Shown one piece after another: positions 57,309 through 62,256 of a stretch of DNA of 62,256 bases. Positions within the stretch are counted from its first letter, which is position 1, and every line of letters starts with the position of its first letter. Source of the DNA: a virus (taxonomy: Duplodnaviria; Caudoviricetes); the IMG/VR virus record IMGVR_UViG_3300035701_000029, positions 1 to 62,256 of that record; one strand, 5' to 3'. The notes under the pieces are model-generated. The model was not told the DNA's origin. It was given only the letters and a program-made list of their open reading frames with translations, and made no database searches. The translations under genes were made by a program, and so were the position numbers.

Positions 57309-57319
57309 CTATCCTCCTT

Positions 57320-58231
57320 TTACCATTCCATCACTACGCTTGCAGAAGTCCATCCGGCCCCAACACCAGTAAGTAAGATTTTATCCCCTTCTACAATTCT
57401 CTGTTTGTCAAGAGCATCATTAAGGGCTATTGGAATACAAGCAGAACTTGTATTGGCATACCTATCCATAACAGTGTGAATTTTTTCAAACGGAATGCCC
57501 AAAGCTTTCGCGGCGTCTTTAAGCACTCCAATCCCAGGTTGATGAGGAATGACTAAATCAATATCATCTGCGGTCAAGTTTGCTCTTCTTAGACATTCAG
57601 TAGCACTCGCATAGATATGTTCCACTGCGAGTTGATAAACCCACTTCCCCTTCATGTGCCAAAAGTTATCTTTTTCGATAGTCCAAGCTTCGGCTCCGCT
57701 CCCATCTGATGCCCAATGTGTTGCTAGAATACCTCTACCATTAGATAAGACAACTGCTCCTGCTCCATCACCGAAGAAAACGCAGTTCCTATCTCCCCAA
57801 TCGGTATATTTAGATAGTGTATCTGCTCCGACCACTAAAATATTCCTATACCGTTTGCTCTCCATCATCTCACAAGAAGCGACTAGGGCATAGATAAAAC
57901 TAGCACACACCGCAGTCATATCAAACGCTGGTGGTCCGTTAAGCCCCAATGCGTCTTGAATGTAACAAGCTGTTGCAGGAGCACGTTTATCTGGGGTTGT
58001 CGTTCCAACAATAATTAAATCAATTTCGGTAGCCTTTGCTTCTATGATCGCTTTTGCCGCTGCGTTAAGAGCAAGGCTTCGAGTAGTTTCTTCCACACAA
58101 ATATGACGAGACTTGATGTTTAAAGTCTTCGCCGCCCAAGGAGGGTCAACATAGTGACCCAATTCTTTCAATTGCTCGTTAGAAACACTCCAAGCGGGGA
58201 CACACATCCCAACTCCCATGATTTTAGGCAT
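57320..58231 (-). CDS. fabH: Beta-ketoacyl-ACP synthase III (FabH family)
   Basis: Catalytic triad motifs 'AVCASF', 'IPHQ', 'ANTSSACIP'; also 'FGDGAGAVV' and 'GVGAGWT'. Confidence 0.93.
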   Translation of the reverse strand: MPKIMGVGMCVPAWSVSNEQLKELGHYVDPPWAAKTLNIKSRHICVEETTRSLALNAAAKAIIEAKATEIDLIIVGTTTPDKRAPATACYIQDALGLNGPPAFDMTAVCASFIYALVASCEMMESKRYRNILVVGADTLSKYTDWGDRNCVFFGDGAGAVVLSNGRGILATHWASDGSGAEAWTIEKDNFWHMKGKWVYQLAVEHIYASATECLRRANLTADDIDLVIPHQPGIGVLKDAAKALGIPFEKIHTVMDRYANTSSACIPIALNDALDKQRIVEGDKILLTGVGAGWTSASVVMEW

Positions 58232-58558
58232 TTACCACCATAAGTCTCTCCAATACTCACTAAAGGCTTTTATCCCCTTATCGTATCTTTTATGGTCTGC
58301 GGTATCCATTAACTCTTCGTTGGCAACTCTTTCCATAGCGAAAATGATGTCGTCAATCTTTTCATCCCACTTATCCGATGTTAGGCTAGGAGGATACCCG
58401 CAGTTCACCTCTTTGAATCGCTTAAGTCGCGGCAACAGCCACTTAGCTAAGTGTGCATCGAGACACCACGTCTCGGAGTCATCCCATCCACGAGTGAGCC
58501 GTTGCCAAAAGAACTTAACGCTTCTTATTAACACCGAACCTCCCAAGCCTAAATTCAA
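58232..58558 (-). CDS. Conserved-looking phage hypothetical protein
   Basis: 'QRLTRGWDDSETWCLD...LPRLKRFK...GYP...W...IIFA...YWRDLWW' pattern familiar from phage hypotheticals. Confidence 0.7.
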   Translation of the reverse strand: MNLGLGGSVLIRSVKFFWQRLTRGWDDSETWCLDAHLAKWLLPRLKRFKEVNCGYPPSLTSDKWDEKIDDIIFAMERVANEELMDTADHKRYDKGIKAFSEYWRDLWW

Positions 58559-58736
58559 TGTCAGCTAATAAACATTCTAGTCCGCAAGTACACCTCCCAC
58601 AGCCACAAACCAGAGAATCTCTAGAATGACAATATCTATTGTGCTCTAAATATTCTCTGGCTTTGCTGAGGAGAAGTCTTAGTTCGTTCTCGTTCTTACT
58701 CACGCTCTCAATAAGTGTACTTTCCTTTGCTCCCAT
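58515..58736 (-). CDS. Small Cys-rich hypothetical protein
   Basis: 'H...CH...CGCGRCTCGL'. Confidence 0.55.
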   Translation of the reverse strand: MGAKESTLIESVSKNENELRLLLSKAREYLEHNRYCHSRDSLVCGCGRCTCGLECLLADIEFRLGRFGVNKKR

Positions 58737-59364
58737 TGATAAATCCAGGAGCGCTAGTAGAAATTATTCCGGCTTGGTAAACAGCACTAACCGCAAACTC
58801 TCCAGTCCCCCTATAAGTAGAAACAGAATTATCCACAGCTTCCCATAGTCTTGTCGTATGAATAGGGCTAGCAATATATCCAAAGCTATGTCGAATGCCA
58901 ATCATTGAGCCTTCTTTGATCGCATCCTGATTCGCGCCAAGATATACAAACTCCCACTTCAAGTCTTCAGCAGACTCATTAACCAAATCTAAAATTTGCT
59001 TCTTGGTGAATTTTCTAGAAGCGTTCTCTTCTCCATCAGTGATAATGACAAACACCACTTGGTCGATCTTCCTACGTTGTTTCAACAGACGATGTTTCGT
59101 TTTTCCGATGGTATCTCCAATAGCGTCTAAAAGCGGAGTGCCCCCTCTGGGCTCTAAAACTAAAGCAGGCACGCTCTTCACCGATAGCCCCTCATACACA
59201 GTATCAATTCCAACAGAATCGAATTGAACTAGTGTTAGACTGGCTCTCCCCGGCAATTTCTTCTGTCCTCGGACGAAAGTATTAAACCCCCCAATAGTGT
59301 CTTTCTTCACACCCTCCATAGACCCTGACCGATCAAGGAGGACGACAATCTCAGTGTTTTTCAT
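58708..59364 (-). CDS. von Willebrand factor A domain protein
   Basis: MIDAS 'LLDRSGSM', 'GGTPLLDAIG', 'IITDGEENAS'. Likely start MKNTEI at 59364 after GAGGAG. Confidence 0.9.
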   Translation of the reverse strand: MKNTEIVVLLDRSGSMEGVKKDTIGGFNTFVRGQKKLPGRASLTLVQFDSVGIDTVYEGLSVKSVPALVLEPRGGTPLLDAIGDTIGKTKHRLLKQRRKIDQVVFVIITDGEENASRKFTKKQILDLVNESAEDLKWEFVYLGANQDAIKEGSMIGIRHSFGYIASPIHTTRLWEAVDNSVSTYRGTGEFAVSAVYQAGIISTSAPGFINGSKGKYTY

Positions 59365-59376
59365 GGTTTCTCCTCT

Positions 59377-59398
59377 CATTGAAGAATATTCTTCAATG
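59377..59398. promoter_or_regulatory. Perfect 22-bp palindrome (operator or leader hairpin) upstream of the vWA RBS
   Basis: CATTGAAGAAT|ATTCTTCAATG; a minus-strand TATAAT lies just upstream (59419-59424). Confidence 0.6.
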
Positions 59399-59760
59399 GC
59401 TCTGTTAGAGCTTATTACATTATACGGCAAGGAGGAGCATTTTGTAAGATTTCCGTGCATGAATCACCTAGACGTTACCTTTTCTAGCTCCTGGGAAAAA
59501 TTTACCCAAGTAGGGTTAAATCCTAGACCCGAAATTGGGGATGACTAAGACACTCTCTACTGACTCGTTCGCTAACTCATTGTCTAGCAATAACGTAGTA
59601 TCTATTGTTCTAGAAATCTGTTGAGAGAAGCTGAGCTTTTCGCTCTGCTGAAGCTGAAAGTAGCTGTGAGCTTTACGAATACTCTATACTGCACATATGA
59701 GCAGATTGAAAGTAGTTTCTCAAGCAATACTGCACATTTGAACAGTATGCGAAAAAGCTG

Positions 59761-59789
59761 TTGACTCATGTGCTTCTGTTGTCGATAAT
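59761..59789 (+). promoter_or_regulatory. Sigma70-type promoter inside the GG/CC-free island
   Basis: TTGACT-17 nt-GATAAT, ~85 nt upstream of the ATG at 59874. Confidence 0.7.
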
Positions 59790-59873
59790 GAGAGCAGAAG
59801 CAGAGAAGAGCAAGACGATAATGCACTCACTCATCTTGCTCACAATTCGAGAGTGCAGAGAAGAGCAAAGCAA

Positions 59874-60428
59874 ATGTCAAAGAAGCAAGCTGTAGAAGAG
59901 AAGCAAGTCGAACGCAAGAGCGTTTCGACGAAAGAGAATGCAGACGTTAGCAGATTAACTGCTTTCGTCGATTCTCTGAGCAGTGTCAAGTCTGCTGCTG
60001 CTGCTGTTGAGCAGTGCAGCAGTGAGCAAGAGATGTATCTGCTTGCTCTCGCAATAGTGCGAGAGAAATTGAGTGAGCGTTTTACATTCACTCAATTCGC
60101 TTCTGCTGTTAACGAAAGCGAAAAATGCAAAAAGCTTTCACTCACTGCTTATCTGTACAAGCAGAGAAAAGCAGCGAACGTGCTTTCGCTTCGTGAAAGC
60201 ACTCACTCTATCTGTGCAGACAGAGTCTTGCACAGAGAGAGAGTCGCACAGATTCACAAGTCTGCAAAGACTAGTAACAGCTTTTCAACAGTGCATGTCG
60301 CTTCTGCTTTGCTTGACAGAGCAAAGCACGAAACAGACAATCAAGCAAGAGCAAGAGAAGTGTTTCACTCACTCAACAGTAATGCGATTAGCTTGCTTGA
60401 ATCTATCGTCAAGATAGTGAGCAAGTAA
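59874..60428 (+). CDS. Early protein lacking Gly, Pro and Trp (184 aa); probable paralogue of 61866..62256
   Basis: ATG at 59874 (MSKKQAVEEK...), promoter upstream, terminator downstream, colinear motif matches to the 61866 ORF. Confidence 0.8.
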   Translation: MSKKQAVEEKQVERKSVSTKENADVSRLTAFVDSLSSVKSAAAAVEQCSSEQEMYLLALAIVREKLSERFTFTQFASAVNESEKCKKLSLTAYLYKQRKAANVLSLRESTHSICADRVLHRERVAQIHKSAKTSNSFSTVHVASALLDRAKHETDNQARAREVFHSLNSNAISLLESIVKIVSK

Positions 60429-60436
60429 TTCAACAG

Positions 60437-60469
60437 AGAGAGAGCAGCAGAAATGTTGCTCTCTCTTTT
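60437..60469 (+). terminator. Intrinsic terminator built without GG/CC
   Basis: agagagagcagca-GAAA-tgttgctctctct followed by TTT. Confidence 0.8.
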
Positions 60470-60498
60470 CTAATCACTCAATTGAAAGAGAGAAGCAA

Positions 60499-60699
60499 AT
60501 GACAGACAGAGAAGCGACAATTGAAGCTCTTGACAGAGCAATCAACAGAAATGACAGAGAAGCAGTGTATCAGCTTGTGCAATTGCTCAACAGACAGACA
60601 GAGCAAGAGCTAAGAGAGAAAGACAGATTCACGAATATCATACTCTTTGCTTGTGCTTGCGAATTAGCTGCTTGTCTGCTGCTTGTGCTATTCGCATAA
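60499..60699 (+). CDS. Small protein with C-terminal membrane anchor, lacking Gly/Pro/Trp (66 aa)
   Basis: Purine-rich GAAAGAGAG RBS; C-terminal hydrophobic segment; followed by hairpin agcactc-GAAA-gagtgct (60703-60720). Confidence 0.65.
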   Translation: MTDREATIEALDRAINRNDREAVYQLVQLLNRQTEQELREKDRFTNIILFACACELAACLLLVLFA

Positions 60700-61033
60700 G
60701 AGAGCACTCGAAAGAGTGCTTGAGTAGAAAGCCTGAACCTGACCTTAATGTGATGACTGTACATCGACAGCCACATCCAGACCAGAACAAGCTTACGAAT
60801 ACTCATGCCTTACCGCTCTTATAAAGAAGTCTCCTGATCCATCATCTTATAGTCTTGTTACTCTTGTCTGGCTATGTCTTATTACGAATACCTATTAAGC
60901 TTGGGGTTTTGTTCTGGTGTGCTAATCTGAGCCTGAGCCCATAGAGTAAGAATGCATTGTATAGAGAGTACTGTGTGTTGGTAGTTTCGCCGAAACCGCT
61001 GTTAAACAATAACCTGTAGTGTTCGGAGGTAGT

Positions 61034-61312
61034 ATGTTGGAAATGGCAATCTGTGCGGATTGTGGTAGATCATGTCGTCTTGATATGATGACCACTCGTC
61101 TTTCACCACTCACTGATGACCCTACTAATGAAGCCTTAGCAGTCAGGCAGTTTGTGTGCGACTCCTGTGCTGACTGGTTTCATCACTTCGGCAACAGTAA
61201 GAGGGGTGAGTGTCACAAGTGTGGAGATAGTATGTGGAAGAAGCATGCGGTTCATGTAGCGGACGATGCATGGGGCTCGTTCGTATGCGGTCTGTGTAAG
61301 GAGGTAGTATGA
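61034..61312 (+). CDS. Cys-rich Zn-finger protein
   Basis: GGAGGT SD then ATG at 61034; four CxxC pairs. Confidence 0.7.
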   Translation: MLEMAICADCGRSCRLDMMTTRLSPLTDDPTNEALAVRQFVCDSCADWFHHFGNSKRGECHKCGDSMWKKHAVHVADDAWGSFVCGLCKEVV

Positions 61313-61467
61313 CGTGCGACAAATGCGGTGGGCCTCTAGATGAACAGAGCCACACGTTCATCGAGGACAATGTGCTCTACACCTCAGAAGTCAATATATG
61401 CCGGAAGTGTATCGACGGCATAGATCGGCTTATCAAATCAATCTTCAGCCAACAGAAAGGAGGTTAA
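61309..61467 (+). CDS. Small Zn-finger protein (52 aa; not in ORF track)
   Basis: AAGGAGGT SD, ATGA overlap; MTCDKCGG...ICRKCIDG... Confidence 0.65.
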   Translation: MTCDKCGGPLDEQSHTFIEDNVLYTSEVNICRKCIDGIDRLIKSIFSQQKGG

Positions 61468-61468
61468 T

Positions 61469-61555
61469 ATGGGGCGTCAATCGTGGTTATACATACTGTT
61501 GATCTGGTTGAACTTAGCGGCTAAGTATATCGCGCTTCGTGACCTAATCCAGTGA
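61469..61555 (+). CDS. Small hydrophobic peptide (28 aa; not in ORF track)
   Basis: AAAGGAGGT SD; MGRQSWLYILLIWLNLAAKYIALRDLIQ. Confidence 0.5.
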   Translation: MGRQSWLYILLIWLNLAAKYIALRDLIQ

Positions 61556-61772
61556 CACGGGCTCGTTACGCCTGAGCCTGACCACAACCTTTCCACAAGG
61601 GGGCAGCCATATCTAGTCCTGGACCGCTAGATCAACTGCCCTTCATTATAGTAGAGTAGTCTCTAGTCACCAGATTACGAATACGCCGCATTAAGGGAGG
61701 TTTGATACGATCTGGATCTAATTCCGGAACCACATTAAGAAGAAAGGAGGTTAACGCCACACAAAAAACCAC

Positions 61773-61802
61773 TTGACAAAGTTAAAGGACATGAGCTATC
61801 TT
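61773..61802 (+). promoter_or_regulatory. Sigma70-type promoter
   Basis: TTGACA-18 nt-TATCTT with an upstream A-tract. Confidence 0.7.
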
Positions 61803-61865
61803 GTACTCATGTTCGAGGAACAAAACGTCAACGCTGCTAAGGCAGCACACAAAAGGAGCTTTACA

Positions 61866-62256
61866 ATGTCTAACAAGAAGAACACCACCGAGAACGCGGT
61901 TGTCAAGACTGCGAAGGCTGAGAAGATCGAGAAGAAGCCTGTTGTCGTGGCCCCCGAAGCGAAAGCGGACATGGCTCAGTTGAAAGCAGTGTGTGAGGCC
62001 ATCGTGTCACGCGACAAGGGTGCTCGTCTCTCGGAGTCGGAGATGCTCGTCGCATCAGCGGCGATGAATCTCGACAGGTGGGGAACGAACGTCACGAAGG
62101 AGCAGATGCTCAAGGACGTGAACGAACGATGTGCTTTCGGTGCGTACTACTACAGGGACGCGGCGGAAGACAGAAAGGGCACGTTCAATCTCTATCGTGG
62201 CGTGCATCGGGACGTGTGTGCACATGACGGGAGCAAACTGGGACGTGGCACAAACG
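61866..62256 (+). CDS. Early protein (runs off window; not in ORF track); probable paralogue of 59874..60428
   Basis: AAAGGAG SD, ATG at 61866; MSNKKNTTENAVVK...ADMAQLKAVCEAI...SESEML...VNERC...AYYYR...HRDVCA; open to the window end. Confidence 0.8.
   Translation, partial: MSNKKNTTENAVVKTAKAEKIEKKPVVVAPEAKADMAQLKAVCEAIVSRDKGARLSESEMLVASAAMNLDRWGTNVTKEQMLKDVNERCAFGAYYYRDAAEDRKGTFNLYRGVHRDVCAHDGSKLGRGTN

Larger units (their letters stand above)
59540..60732. other. GG/CC-dinucleotide-free island (~1.19 kb)
   Basis: Line-by-line reading finds no GG or CC between the GGGG ending at 59540 and the CC at 60732-60733. Confidence 0.95.
59673..61684 (+). repeat. Four dispersed direct copies of TTACGAATAC
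   Basis: At 59673, 60793, 60882 and 61675; all intergenic, same orientation. Confidence 0.8.

Noticed and set aside
59540-60732. GG/CC absence as a homopolymer-collapse or low-complexity artefact
   Set aside because: A and T runs are intact, both ORFs are unbroken, promoter spacing and hairpins are coherent, and the main ORF aligns colinearly with a paralogue. A read-level check is still advisable.
61801-61983. 60-aa ORF from the track
   Set aside because: It overlaps the promoter and lacks an SD; the frame from ATG 61866 has an SD and paralogue support.
1-62256. Stop-codon reassignment
   Set aside because: Standard code gives dense, full-length, coupled genes; TAG, TGA and TAA all end genes.

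Overview
This is a fragment of a tailed double-stranded DNA phage (siphovirus-like layout, no tail sheath seen, standard genetic code). No integrase, tRNA or CRISPR array was recognised. Positions 1-~59,400 form one long minus-strand gene run. Read in transcription direction (right to left) it holds: a vWA protein, FabH and small Zn-finger ORFs; an ~11.5 kb sugar-modification cluster (7-8 glycosyltransferase-like genes, a DegT-family aminotransferase, a methyltransferase and a HAD phosphatase); class II ribonucleotide reductase, HD protein, DUF1599, HNH, sliding clamp and sigma factor; and then terminase, portal, an HNH-protease fusion, scaffold, major capsid, fibre/repeat proteins, connectors, tail tube, a probably frameshifted tail chaperone, tape measure and tail-tip proteins. 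At ~59.5 kb the strand switches to a plus-strand early-type region. The most striking feature is a ~1.19 kb segment (59540-60732), starting at the switch, with no GG or CC dinucleotide. It still carries a sigma70-type promoter, two genes whose products lack Gly/Pro/Trp, GG-free ribosome-binding sites and hairpins. Its main gene looks like a paralogue of an ordinary GG/CC-containing gene 2 kb downstream. A link between this island and the glycosylation cluster, or evasion of motif-based defence, is proposed as a hypothesis. All family calls are motif recognition by eye; no database searches were run.
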